NCBI GenBank assembly: GCA_015493585.1
Contig: WGCW01000004.1
Span: 497-64,496 of the forward strand
Length of the DNA: 64,000 nt
From: Acidobacteriota bacterium
GTDB lineage: Bacteria; Acidobacteriota; Thermoanaerobaculia; Thermoanaerobaculales; Sulfomarinibacteraceae
Reading direction: 5' to 3'
In this document: positions 37,713-50,709 of the stretch, in pieces
Layout: every line of letters begins with the position of its first letter
Position numbering within the stretch: the stretch's first letter is position 1
Notes under the pieces: generated by a model
Databases searched by the model: none
What the model was told of the DNA's origin: nothing
Seen by the model: the letters and a program-made list of their open reading frames with translations, nothing else
Made by a program: the position numbers and the translations under genes

Positions 37713-38816
37713 ATGAATCTTGTACTGACAAAAAACGATGTACTTGAAGAGTTATCCGTGTTGCAAGGAGTCGTCGAGAGACGAACGACGATTCCCATTC
37801 TGTCCAATATTCTGGTCGAAGCCGAGGCTGGGCGGCTGAAGTTGATGGCGACCGACCTCGACATGACGATCATGACGAGCTGTCCTGCGGAGGTTGAGGG
37901 AAGCGGCCGGATCACCCTGGATAGCCGGGTCTTTCAGGAGCTTGTGCGCAACTTGCCAGAGGATCGCTTCACTCTCCAGGAAGAGGACGGGAGCGTTGTG
38001 ATCGTCAGTGGGAGGTTCCGGTCGCAGATGCAGGTTGCCGACGCATCAGAGTATCCGACGTTACCCGAGCCTCCGGAGGGCGGTTCGTACGAGCTGCCGC
38101 TCGATCTCTTCAAGCTTCTCATTGGACGGGTGGCGTTTGCCATCACGAAGGATGATCCAAAGTTTCAGCTCAACGGGGCGCTGGTGAAACTGTTGCCCGG
38201 TGAAATTGAAATTGCTGCGACTGACGGTCACCGGCTGGCGGTCGTTCGTGCCAAGGCGCCGGACGATGGGATGCCGTTTGAACAGCAGCTCTTTCCACGG
38301 AAGCTTCTGTCGGAGTTTGGGCGGTTCAACGATCAGACGGTCCAGTTTTCGGCGGGTGATAACCACCTCGGCTTCCGCATGGGTGACCGGCACGTGATTT
38401 CTCGAGTCGTTGAGCTGCGTTTTCCACAATACGAACGCGTGATTGTCAGGGACAACCCAAACCGTGTCAGGGTCGGGAGGGAAGATTTCCTCGGGGCCTT
38501 GAGACGGGTGAGTTTGATGGCTCACGACAAGGCCAAGGGCGTTCGTTTGAAATTGATGCCTCCAGATGAGTTGAACTTACTGAGCGTTGGGTACGACGCG
38601 GGAAAGGCAGAGGAAACACTGCCCGTCGTCTATCAGGGTGAGAGCTTGGAGATCACCTTGAATGCTGCATACATGATTGACGTTCTTCAGGCATTGGATT
38701 GCGACACGGTCGAGGTTCAGCTTCGCGACGGCAAGACTCAATGTGTCCTGGTACCGGTCGAAGATGATTCTAGGCTGGAGGAGTACATCTACGTTCTGAT
38801 GCCGATGAGGATCTGA
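37713..38816 (+). CDS. dnaN: DNA polymerase III subunit beta (sliding clamp)
   Basis: 367 aa, directly after dnaA, with a three-domain clamp pattern (LKLMATDLD..., ATDGHRLA..., MPMRI C-terminus). Confidence 0.93.
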   Translation: MNLVLTKNDVLEELSVLQGVVERRTTIPILSNILVEAEAGRLKLMATDLDMTIMTSCPAEVEGSGRITLDSRVFQELVRNLPEDRFTLQEEDGSVVIVSGRFRSQMQVADASEYPTLPEPPEGGSYELPLDLFKLLIGRVAFAITKDDPKFQLNGALVKLLPGEIEIAATDGHRLAVVRAKAPDDGMPFEQQLFPRKLLSEFGRFNDQTVQFSAGDNHLGFRMGDRHVISRVVELRFPQYERVIVRDNPNRVRVGREDFLGALRRVSLMAHDKAKGVRLKLMPPDELNLLSVGYDAGKAEETLPVVYQGESLEITLNAAYMIDVLQALDCDTVEVQLRDGKTQCVLVPVEDDSRLEEYIYVLMPMRI

Positions 38817-38822
38817 GAATAC

Positions 38823-42327
<3,505 letters not shown>

Positions 42328-42328
42328 T

Positions 42329-44824
42329 ATGAACGAACACCGCATTCAAACCGCCGGCGATCAGAGACCGGTGACGATCGAAGAAGAGCTCAAGAAATCG
42401 TACCTCGATTATGCCATGTCGGTGATCATCGGGCGCGCCCTCCCCGACATACGGGACGGTCTCAAACCGGTTCACCGGCGCATTCTGTACGGCATGTGGG
42501 AGAGCGGAAACACCTCGGGCAAGCCGTACAAGAAGTCTGCGCGCATCGTTGGCGACGTCATGGGGAAATACCACCCGCATGGAGACTCCGCAATTTACGA
42601 CACCATCGTGCGCATGGCGCAGGAGTTCTCGATGCGCGTGCCTCTGGTGGACGGGCAGGGTAACTTCGGTTCGATCGACGGTGACGCAGCGGCCGCGATG
42701 CGGTACACCGAGGTCCGGCTGACGAAGGCTGCCGAAGAGCTGCTCGGCGACGACATCAGCAAAGAAACCGTCGACTGGCTGCCAAACTATGACGGATCGC
42801 TTTCGGAGCCGGTCGTTCTACCGGCGAGCTTTCCAAACCTGCTCGTCAACGGTTCATCGGGGATCGCAGTCGGGATGGCGACGAACATCCCACCCCACAA
42901 CCTTGGCGAAACCATCGACGCCTGTATCGCCGTCATCCGCAATCCCAGCCTCTCGATCAACGAGCTCATGCAAATCATCCCCGGCCCCGATTTCCCGACC
43001 GCCGGCTTCATCCACGGGAAAAAGGGCATTCTCGACGCGTATCAGACCGGACGGGGCATCATCCAGATGCGTGCCCGAGCGGTGATCGAACACCGGCAAC
43101 GCGCAAAGCGAATGGCAATTGTCGTGCGCGAGCTGCCCTTCCAGGTCAACAAGGCGCGGTTGATTGAACAGATTGCCAAACTCGTCCAGCAAAAAAAGCT
43201 CGAGGGGATCTCCGACCTCCGCGACGAATCCGACCGCGAGGGGATCCGCCTCGTCATCGAGCTCAAGCGGGATGCGGTGCCGGAGATTGTGCTCAACAAT
43301 CTGTACAAACACACACAGATGCAGAGCACCTTCGGCATCATCCTGCTCGGCGTGCTCAACAATCAGCCGAAGGTCTTCACACTGCGGGAGTTGATCGATC
43401 ATTTCATCGATCATCGCAAGGAGATCGTCGTCCGCAGGACCGAGTACGACCTCAAGAAGGCCAAGGAAAGGGCCCATATCCTCGAAGGGCTCGTGATCGC
43501 GCTCGATCATCTCGACCAGGTGATTGCGCTGATTCGCGCGGCATCCGATCCGCAGTCAGCGCGGACTCAGCTGATGGAGCGGTTTGGGCTCACCCAGATC
43601 CAGGCACAGGCAATCCTCGACATGAAGCTGCAGCGGTTGACGGGGCTCGAACGGGACAAGATCATCAACGAGTACAACGAGCTGCTCAAGACGATCGCCC
43701 ATCTCGAGGAGATTCTCCACAGCGATCAGATGGTCCTCGACATCATCGTCTCCGAGCTAGAAGATATTAAGGCGAGGTACGCGGACGAACGCCGGACGGA
43801 GATCATCGCTGATACGAACGACTTTTCCGTCGAGGATCTGATCGCTGAGGAGGAGATGGTCGTGACGGTCAGCCGCGGCGGCTACATCAAGCGTTCGGCC
43901 CTCTCCGCATACCGTGCCCAGCGCCGCGGCGGGCGGGGCCGTCGCGGGATGGCGACGAAGGAGGAAGACGTCGTCGAGCATCTGTTCGTCGCGTCGACGC
44001 ACGCGACGGTGCTCTTCTTCACATCGACCGGGAGGGTGTTCGCGCGAAAGGTCCATGAGCTCCCGTCGGTTGGTCCGGCCTCACGAGGCCGGGCGCTGGT
44101 CAATTTCCTGCCGGTTGACAAGGGAGAGCGCGTCGCCGCCCTGCTCGCCGTACGCGATTTCGCCGAGCTCGAGGATGCGTACCTGACATTTGCGACACGA
44201 CTCGGCAAGGTCAAGCGAACGCGTTTGAGCGAGTACTCCCACATCCGGTCGACCGGGATCCGCGCCGTGGCGATCGACGAAGGCGATGACCTGCTCGCCG
44301 TTCACCTGACGCGCGGGGACAGCCATATTTTCATCGGCACGCATCACGGCATGGGGATCCATTTTGCCGAGACGGACGTTCGTCCGATGGGCCGGGTGTC
44401 TGCGGGCGTGCGCGGAATCCATCTCCGGGACGGCGATTGGGTCGAGGAGGTGGCGACCTTCGATCCGGCCGATGCGGGGGACATTCTCGTCGTCACGGAC
44501 CTGGGTTTTGGCAAGCGGACACCTGTTTCCGAGTTCAGGATCCAACGGCGCGGCGGTTATGGCATCACGCTCATGAAGCTGATCGATAAGAACGGTTCGG
44601 TCGCCGGAATCCGTCACGTGCACGATGACGATCAGATCATGGTGGTCACGCTTCAGGGGATGCTGATCCGGATGAACGCCGCCGAGATCCGCCGGATCGG
44701 GCGCGCGACCCAAGGCGTGCGGATCATCCGGCTCGATCCGGAGGACCGGGTCGTGGCGGTTGCCAAGCTCGCGGAGCGCGAGGAGGAGGACGAGGCTGCG
44801 GCGGAGGAGCATGACGAGGTCTGA
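42329..44824 (+). CDS. gyrA: DNA gyrase subunit A
   Basis: [13 protein letters not shown], the AAMRYTE active-site Tyr, and a C-terminal beta-pinwheel with an acidic tail. Confidence 0.96.
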   Translation: MNEHRIQTAGDQRPVTIEEELKKSYLDYAMSVIIGRALPDIRDGLKPVHRRILYGMWESGNTSGKPYKKSARIVGDVMGKYHPHGDSAIYDTIVRMAQEFSMRVPLVDGQGNFGSIDGDAAAAMRYTEVRLTKAAEELLGDDISKETVDWLPNYDGSLSEPVVLPASFPNLLVNGSSGIAVGMATNIPPHNLGETIDACIAVIRNPSLSINELMQIIPGPDFPTAGFIHGKKGILDAYQTGRGIIQMRARAVIEHRQRAKRMAIVVRELPFQVNKARLIEQIAKLVQQKKLEGISDLRDESDREGIRLVIELKRDAVPEIVLNNLYKHTQMQSTFGIILLGVLNNQPKVFTLRELIDHFIDHRKEIVVRRTEYDLKKAKERAHILEGLVIALDHLDQVIALIRAASDPQSARTQLMERFGLTQIQAQAILDMKLQRLTGLERDKIINEYNELLKTIAHLEEILHSDQMVLDIIVSELEDIKARYADERRTEIIADTNDFSVEDLIAEEEMVVTVSRGGYIKRSALSAYRAQRRGGRGRRGMATKEEDVVEHLFVASTHATVLFFTSTGRVFARKVHELPSVGPASRGRALVNFLPVDKGERVAALLAVRDFAELEDAYLTFATRLGKVKRTRLSEYSHIRSTGIRAVAIDEGDDLLAVHLTRGDSHIFIGTHHGMGIHFAETDVRPMGRVSAGVRGIHLRDGDWVEEVATFDPADAGDILVVTDLGFGKRTPVSEFRIQRRGGYGITLMKLIDKNGSVAGIRHVHDDDQIMVVTLQGMLIRMNAAEIRRIGRATQGVRIIRLDPEDRVVAVAKLAEREEEDEAAAEEHDEV

Positions 44825-44867
44825 CGGGGTTGTGACGGGGGGACCGGCCGCAGGCCGGGTGTGAGCG

Positions 44868-45479
44868 GTGCCGCCTCGTGGATCTGATCCCGAATCGAAG
44901 CCCGCCGGACCGGTGAGGATTGATCCACGTGCGGTCGTCCATCAGGAAGGGATCATCGGCCTGATCGCCATCGTTGGCCTCGGGTTGCGCGATGGCTCTC
45001 CGGTGGCCGGGCTCCTGCCAAAGCATGGCTGGCTCCCGGCGCTCGCCGTCGGCGTTGGTGCCGGGCTCCTCACCTTCCTGGCCGTGTGGGCGTTGAGCTG
45101 GATCCGCTCGGTTCACCGGCTCGAAGCGTGGCAGCGCGAGATGGTTGGCGCCTGGAGCGCAACCGATACGGCTTCCGTCGCACTGATCTCCGGATTGATG
45201 GAGGAGGCGCTCGTCCGTGCCCTCTTCCAACCGATCGTTGGGCTGATTCCGGCCGCCCTGATCTTCGGCGTGCTGCATGTTGTCCCCGACCGCAAGGCGT
45301 GGATCTGGCCGCTGCTGGCAACGGTCCTTGGGATCGGTTTGGGGGTGCTCTTCGAGCTCTGGGGCTACCCGGCTGCTGCTGCGGCGCACGTCACGATCAA
45401 TCTCGGCGGGTTTTGGAGGCTTCGGAAACAATATTTTCACCGTGAAGACGAACCCGAGCGGCGTTCGGGGGTAGAATGA
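44868..45479 (+). CDS. CPBP-family intramembrane glutamic endopeptidase (CAAX protease-like)
   Basis: SGLMEEALVRALFQ (EExxxR), FGVLHV and AHVTINL motifs in a hydrophobic context. The GTG start is uncertain. Confidence 0.75.
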   Translation: MPPRGSDPESKPAGPVRIDPRAVVHQEGIIGLIAIVGLGLRDGSPVAGLLPKHGWLPALAVGVGAGLLTFLAVWALSWIRSVHRLEAWQREMVGAWSATDTASVALISGLMEEALVRALFQPIVGLIPAALIFGVLHVVPDRKAWIWPLLATVLGIGLGVLFELWGYPAAAAAHVTINLGGFWRLRKQYFHREDEPERRSGVE

Positions 45480-45562
45480 AGGCGTCTACGGACCACGGGT
45501 GGGGTCTTCGTGTCTCGATGGACCGCTGCCCCTGGTTCCGGATGGTCTGATCTGGAGGCGAA

Positions 45563-46453
45563 ATGATGCAATTCGATGATCCGAAATTTCGTGTGAAGGT
45601 CGGTCTAGCTGAGATGCTGAAGGGCGGCGTGATTATGGACGTCACAACCGCCGAGCAGGCCAAGATCGCCGAGGATGCGGGCGCTGCGGCCGTGATGGCG
45701 CTCGAGAGGGTGCCGGCGGATATCCGGGCAGAGGGCGGCGTGGCGCGGATGTCGCCTGTCGAGAAAATTCGGGAGATTCAGGAAGCTGTCTCAATCCCGG
45801 TGATGGCCAAGTGCCGGATTGGGCACGTTGCCGAGGCGAAAATTCTTGAGGCCCTCAAGGTCGATTTCATCGACGAGAGCGAGGTTCTGACGCCGGCCGA
45901 TGAGGAGAACCATGTCAACAAGCACCCGTTTACCGTCCCGTTCGTCTGCGGGTGCCGGAACCTCGGGGAGGCGCTGCGGCGGATCGGCGAGGGCGCCGCT
46001 CTGATCCGGACAAAGGGAGAAGCCGGGTCCGGGAATATCGTTGAGGCCGTACGCCACCTGCGGACGGTCCAGCGCCAGATCAAGACGCTGACGATCCTCG
46101 ACGAGCACGAGCTGATGGCCGAGGCGAAGCAGTTGCAGGCGCCGTTCGAGCTCGTGCGGTGGGTGGCGGAGCATGGGAAGCTGCCCGTTCCCAACTTCGC
46201 GGCTGGCGGCGTCGCGACCCCGGCCGATGCCATGTTGTGCATGATGCTCGGGGCAGAATCGGTCTTTGTCGGCTCTGGGATCTTCAAGTCGTCGGATCCG
46301 GCCAAACGCGCGAGTGCGATCGTCGGCGCCGTCACCCACTGGCAGGATCCGGCGAAGGTCGCCGAGCTTTCCGTCGGGTTGGGCGAGGCAATGTCCGGGC
46401 TCGATATCGCGAAGCTGACACCGGAAGAGATGCTGTCGCGCCGGGGATGGTGA
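45563..46453 (+). CDS. pdxS: pyridoxal 5'-phosphate synthase lyase subunit PdxS
   Basis: [20 protein letters not shown]..., [10 protein letters not shown] and [14 protein letters not shown]. Confidence 0.96.
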   Translation: MMQFDDPKFRVKVGLAEMLKGGVIMDVTTAEQAKIAEDAGAAAVMALERVPADIRAEGGVARMSPVEKIREIQEAVSIPVMAKCRIGHVAEAKILEALKVDFIDESEVLTPADEENHVNKHPFTVPFVCGCRNLGEALRRIGEGAALIRTKGEAGSGNIVEAVRHLRTVQRQIKTLTILDEHELMAEAKQLQAPFELVRWVAEHGKLPVPNFAAGGVATPADAMLCMMLGAESVFVGSGIFKSSDPAKRASAIVGAVTHWQDPAKVAELSVGLGEAMSGLDIAKLTPEEMLSRRGW

Positions 46454-47031
46454 TGCGCTGTGGGGTTCTGGCCCTGCAGGGCGACTGGGCGGCGCACATC
46501 GGCGCGCTCGAACGCGCCGGGGCGGCGGCGAGGCCTGTCCGAACCGCCACCGAGCTCGAAGAGATCGATGCGCTCGTGCTTCCCGGCGGTGAGAGCACCG
46601 TGGTGCTCCGCCTGCTCGAGCGCGAGGGGTGGATGGAACGTCTCGTTGAGCGGCTGCGCAACGGGCTTCCGGTCCTGGCGACCTGTGCCGGGATCATCCT
46701 GCTCGCCCGTGACGTGACGCCGGAGCAGCCCAGCTTCGGCCTGCTTGACATTGGGGTACGCCGCAACGCGTACGGGCGTCAGGTTTCCTCCACAATCGTG
46801 CCCGTGCGGCTCTCGGAGGCGTTCGCGGGTCCCGCTGAAATGGAGGGCGTGTTCATCCGCGCGCCCCGGATCGAGCGCGTGGGCCCGGGTGTCGAGGTGC
46901 TCGGATGGCGGGGCGATGACCCGGCGCTCGTTCGTCAAGGGGCGATCGTCGCGGCAACTTTTCACCCGGAGATCACCGGTGATGATCGTGTCCACCGGTA
47001 CTTTCTCGATGTTGCAGGAGGCACACCATGA
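46453..47031 (+). CDS. pdxT: pyridoxal 5'-phosphate synthase glutaminase subunit PdxT
   Basis: GVLALQGD, LPGGESTV, TCAG and FHPE. TGATG overlap with pdxS. The tracked ORF from 46159 is an upstream out-of-gene extension. Confidence 0.9.
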   Translation: MRCGVLALQGDWAAHIGALERAGAAARPVRTATELEEIDALVLPGGESTVVLRLLEREGWMERLVERLRNGLPVLATCAGIILLARDVTPEQPSFGLLDIGVRRNAYGRQVSSTIVPVRLSEAFAGPAEMEGVFIRAPRIERVGPGVEVLGWRGDDPALVRQGAIVAATFHPEITGDDRVHRYFLDVAGGTP

Positions 47032-47789
47032 CGACCTCCCCCATCCGTACCGTCGAAGGTGACGGGTTTGTCCACGTCATCCTCGATCACGGGGTCAACG
47101 CGATCGACGATGAGCTCCTCGCAGCGCTGAGTGGGACGCTCGCTGAGTTGAAGGGGCGAGGCGCGCCGCCGCTGATCGTCGAATCCTCCCACCCGCGGAT
47201 TTTCTCGCCCGGGTGGGACCTCAAGGCGCTCTACGGCGCGCCGCGTGAAAAGATTGGGGCCTTCCTCGAGCGTTTCAACACAACGGTGACAGAGCTCTTC
47301 TCCTACCCGGGTCCGACCGCCGCAGCGATCGGGGGGCACGCCATCGCCGGTGGCTGCGAGCTGGCGCTCGCCTGTGACTTCAGAATCATGACGGCTGGCC
47401 GTGCGCGGATCGGCCTTTCCGAGGTGAACCTCGGTGTCCCGGTTCCAGCCGCCGTGCTGACGATGCTTCGGGCGCGGCTGAGCCCGATGGCGGTAGAGGA
47501 GCTGGTTTTTCATGGGGATGGCTGCACGGCTCAACGCGCCCATGACCTGGGCATCGTGCAGACGGTCGTTGTCGATAGGAGTGTCGTCGAGGTCGCCGAG
47601 CACGAATTGAGAACGCAGCGGGCGAAGTCGCCGCTCGGGTACCGGACGATGAAACGTGCGCTGTACGAGGAAGCGTGGGACATGTGCCGGGCCTCCGTTG
47701 GAAAGAACACCGGGGATTTCCTTCACTGCTGGTTTGACGAGGCGACTCAGGACAGGCTGGCGATTGTCGTCCGGGGTTTGGGCGGTTGA
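47028..47789 (+). CDS. enoyl-CoA hydratase/isomerase (crotonase) family protein
   Basis: FSPGWDLK...AAIGGHAIAGGCELALACDFRIM oxyanion-hole pattern. Confidence 0.85.
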   Translation: MTTSPIRTVEGDGFVHVILDHGVNAIDDELLAALSGTLAELKGRGAPPLIVESSHPRIFSPGWDLKALYGAPREKIGAFLERFNTTVTELFSYPGPTAAAIGGHAIAGGCELALACDFRIMTAGRARIGLSEVNLGVPVPAAVLTMLRARLSPMAVEELVFHGDGCTAQRAHDLGIVQTVVVDRSVVEVAEHELRTQRAKSPLGYRTMKRALYEEAWDMCRASVGKNTGDFLHCWFDEATQDRLAIVVRGLGG

Positions 47790-48718
47790 CGGGACCGTTC
47801 GTTTCACCCGCCGTACGCGCGGCATCAGCGCTCAGGCGGCTCCCGTTGAGATTGCGTGCCGGTGCCCGGCCGGGCGAGGACGATCCGTTGACGCGCGGCT
47901 GGTTGGCCGGGCTCGAGGAGGGCGCTTTAGTCCTCGAACGGCTGGTTTCTTCGCCCGTCCGCTGGGGCCGTGCCCTTGGCCTGCGGTGGCCGTATGCCAT
48001 CACATCCGGATGTGTGGTTGGTCCCGGCCTCCCCGTGGCCGCCTGTCCAGAGCCCGAAGAGGGCCCCGATGGGGTGTACACCCTTCGGAACGAAGCGGTT
48101 TTCAGGGAGGCGGTGGGAACGGAGGGGCCGTTCTTGGGGCTTGACGGCGTAGCGCATCGTTCCGGGAGCGCCAGCCCCGACCTCCTCTGGTTCGGGCTGA
48201 CGGAACGCTTTGTGCTTCGAGGCGGGGAGCTCGAAATTGAGGATCTCTTCAGCCGGGTGACGAGTCCGGTCGATGCCAGCGCGCTTGAGGAGATGCTCGT
48301 CCGGCGGGGACGTTTTCCCGAGGCGCTCGTTTCCGGTTTGCCGGTGGGAAGGTCGCCGGCCCAACCTGCGGTCGAGGTGCGCCGGGTGCTCGATCTCGTC
48401 CCAGCCTCCTGGCAGGATCCAGCCGTGCTCTTGTCGCGCCGCGAGGGCGTCGCCAGCGGTCACCGGGAAGGTGCAACGGTCGCTCTCGACCTTGAGGATG
48501 GGGGACACGTTGAACTGGTGGTCGATGAAACCGGGACTGGGTGGTCGGCCGAGCTGCGGACCGGCACGCTGCCGTGGCGCACGATCACGGCCGAAGCCTC
48601 GGATGGTGTGTTGCGCTACCGCGCCGTGCCAGCGCCAGGTCTCAACCCGCTCGATCCCGGTGTGCGTACACGGATCGCCTTCGATCTCCTCTCCGATCTC
48701 GTGTTACTCGGCAGCTGA
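47786..48718 (+). CDS. hypothetical protein, no motif I recognise
   Basis: 310-aa ORF with balanced composition (D/E/L/V/F), unlike the Arg/Pro/Ser-rich alternative frames. A TTG start overlaps the crotonase stop; the start is uncertain. Confidence 0.5.
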   Translation: MTGPFVSPAVRAASALRRLPLRLRAGARPGEDDPLTRGWLAGLEEGALVLERLVSSPVRWGRALGLRWPYAITSGCVVGPGLPVAACPEPEEGPDGVYTLRNEAVFREAVGTEGPFLGLDGVAHRSGSASPDLLWFGLTERFVLRGGELEIEDLFSRVTSPVDASALEEMLVRRGRFPEALVSGLPVGRSPAQPAVEVRRVLDLVPASWQDPAVLLSRREGVASGHREGATVALDLEDGGHVELVVDETGTGWSAELRTGTLPWRTITAEASDGVLRYRAVPAPGLNPLDPGVRTRIAFDLLSDLVLLGS

Positions 48719-48722
48719 GCGC

Positions 48723-49502
48723 TCAGAGCTCGTAGGTCCGGCCCTGCTCGAGCAGCTCGACCCGGTGCTCGAAGCGGGTGGCGGCGATTTCGGCGTTGAT
48801 CTCATCGATGTAGGGAGGCTTGAAGTGGTAGAGCGCGATGGGGATGTTGGTCTTGACCTTGGCGAGCTCGGTGAGCAGCGTGACCGGGGTGAGGTGGCGG
48901 CTCAGGTCGGCGATGTGCTGGAGGCGCGATGGGAACGAGCACTCGGTGATCAGCAGGTTGAGGTGCGGCGCAGCGTTGGCGGCCTCCCAAATGCGCTCTG
49001 TTGGCCCGGTGTCCGAGGTGAACAGGATCTGGGAAGGCCCCTGCTCGATCAGGAACCCGACCGTTGGAACGGAGTGACTGACCGGAATCGCCGTGACGCG
49101 AACGGGCCCCGATGGCGGACCGTTGATCGTAAACACCCGCCCGGCTTCGATCTCGGTAAAGCGCAGCCGGGGGTAAAGCTCGCTTGGGATCTGTGAAAAA
49201 TCTGGCCAGATATCGTTGTTGAAGAGGTGCGTCCGCAGGTTGGCCAGAATTGGAGCGGTGCTATAGATCGAGATCGAAGAGGCGCCGGCGGCGAAGCTGT
49301 TCTCGATCAGGTACGGTAATGAGGCGACGTGGTCCATGTGTGCGTGCGAGAGCAGGATGTGGCGAACCGCGCCCTGACGCTCAATCGAGAGCGCTGAAGT
49401 AATCGAGCCCGCATCCACCGCCAATGCGCCGTCGATGAGAAACGACGTCATCCGGCATCCAGGGGCGTCCCCGCCAAAGCTGCCGAGAACTTGAAACCTC
49501 AC
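48723..49502 (-). CDS. MBL-fold metallo-hydrolase, class II 3',5'-cyclic-nucleotide phosphodiesterase-like
   Basis: ILLSHAHMDHVASLPYL (HxHxDH) and SFLIDGALAVDAGS. Confidence 0.8.
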   Translation of the reverse strand: MRFQVLGSFGGDAPGCRMTSFLIDGALAVDAGSITSALSIERQGAVRHILLSHAHMDHVASLPYLIENSFAAGASSISIYSTAPILANLRTHLFNNDIWPDFSQIPSELYPRLRFTEIEAGRVFTINGPPSGPVRVTAIPVSHSVPTVGFLIEQGPSQILFTSDTGPTERIWEAANAAPHLNLLITECSFPSRLQHIADLSRHLTPVTLLTELAKVKTNIPIALYHFKPPYIDEINAEIAATRFEHRVELLEQGRTYEL

Positions 49503-49578
49503 CCTGTCAGTATACAGATCTTTGGCAAGAGGTTGGTGCGGCTGATCACATCTGCGTCTGCCGGGTTAGGATGGGAGC

Positions 49579-50658
49579 GTGAACCGCGAAGAGACGTGGA
49601 GGATGCAGCGGCTCGGTCTCCTACTGGCCGGATTGGGGCGCCGTGAGCGGCGTGCGTTTGCCGATGGTGCGGGCACCGTTGAACCGTTCGATCTGTTGCG
49701 GCGCCGGGGAGTCGCGGCGGGTGTGCTCCGGACGGCGGAGGAAGCGTCACGTCGGGAGGCTCCGGCGCTTCTCGAAAAGCTCGACCGGCTCGGCTGGCAC
49801 TGGGTGACGCCGGAAAGCGAGGAGTTCCCAGAACCGCTTGGCCACATCTCCGATCCACCGCTTGGGCTGTTCGTTCGTGGACGTCTCCCGGGAGGGCCGT
49901 CGGTGGCGATCGTCGGGTCGCGCAAGGCGACCACTTACGGGCGGCAGGTGGCTGACCTGCTAGGCCGGGAGCTTGTGGCGGCGGGGATTGCCGTCATCTC
50001 GGGGATGGCGCGAGGAGTCGATGCGGCGGCACACCGGGGGGCGATCACGGCAGGGGGAGTGACGGCCGCCGTGTGGGGCACCGGTCCAGACCGCGTCTAC
50101 CCCCGGGAGCACGCACGGCTGGCGGAGGAGATCGCTGGCTCAGGCGCACTGGTCACCGAATATCCCCCTGGAACGCCGCCCCGCCGCTACCACTTTCCCG
50201 AACGCAACCGGATCTTGGCCGGCATGACGGCGGCGACCGTCGTCGTCGAGGCTGCTGCGAAGTCGGGCGCGCTCGTGACCGCACGATTCGCCCTCGAAGA
50301 GGGGCGCGAGGTTTTCGCAGTTCCCGGGAGCATCCTGTCGCCGATGTCGGTAGGTCCGAACACGCTGATCAGCCTCGGCGCCCAGCCGGTCTTGACCCCA
50401 CGAACGGTGATCGATGCCCTCAAGCCAGATGCCACGCCGGTTCGAGGTGAGCGTCAGCTCGACGCCGGACCATGGAATGGTCTGCTGGGGCCGGGGGAGG
50501 CGCTGTCGGCCGATGAGATCGCCGAGCGGGCCGGCCGGCCGATCGCCCAGATCCTCGCCGAGCTTCTGGAGGGGGAGATCGCGGGTACCGTTCTCAGACA
50601 GGCCGATGGCCGTTACGTGCTCGCCCACGTGAGGAGGGCCGCCGGAGAGCGGCTGTGA
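49579..50658 (+). CDS. dprA: DNA-processing protein DprA (Smf)
   Basis: PPLGLFVRG, VAIVGSRKATTYG, SGMARGVDAAAHRGA and FPERNRI. The GTG start is uncertain. Confidence 0.9.
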   Translation: MNREETWRMQRLGLLLAGLGRRERRAFADGAGTVEPFDLLRRRGVAAGVLRTAEEASRREAPALLEKLDRLGWHWVTPESEEFPEPLGHISDPPLGLFVRGRLPGGPSVAIVGSRKATTYGRQVADLLGRELVAAGIAVISGMARGVDAAAHRGAITAGGVTAAVWGTGPDRVYPREHARLAEEIAGSGALVTEYPPGTPPRRYHFPERNRILAGMTAATVVVEAAAKSGALVTARFALEEGREVFAVPGSILSPMSVGPNTLISLGAQPVLTPRTVIDALKPDATPVRGERQLDAGPWNGLLGPGEALSADEIAERAGRPIAQILAELLEGEIAGTVLRQADGRYVLAHVRRAAGERL

Positions 50659-50709
50659 TACGGTAGCGCGCCGAGCCGGGGTCAATCCGGCTGCCAAGGG
50701 AGAGTGTAG

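Noticed and set aside
44825-44867. Hairpin CCGGCC-GCA-GGCCGG after gyrA, considered as a terminator. Similar GC hairpins occur after lexA (about 18600-18640) and after the CsgG-like gene (about 60580-60612).
   Set aside because: No downstream T/U tract and short stems. They are not distinguishable from background GC-rich palindromes.
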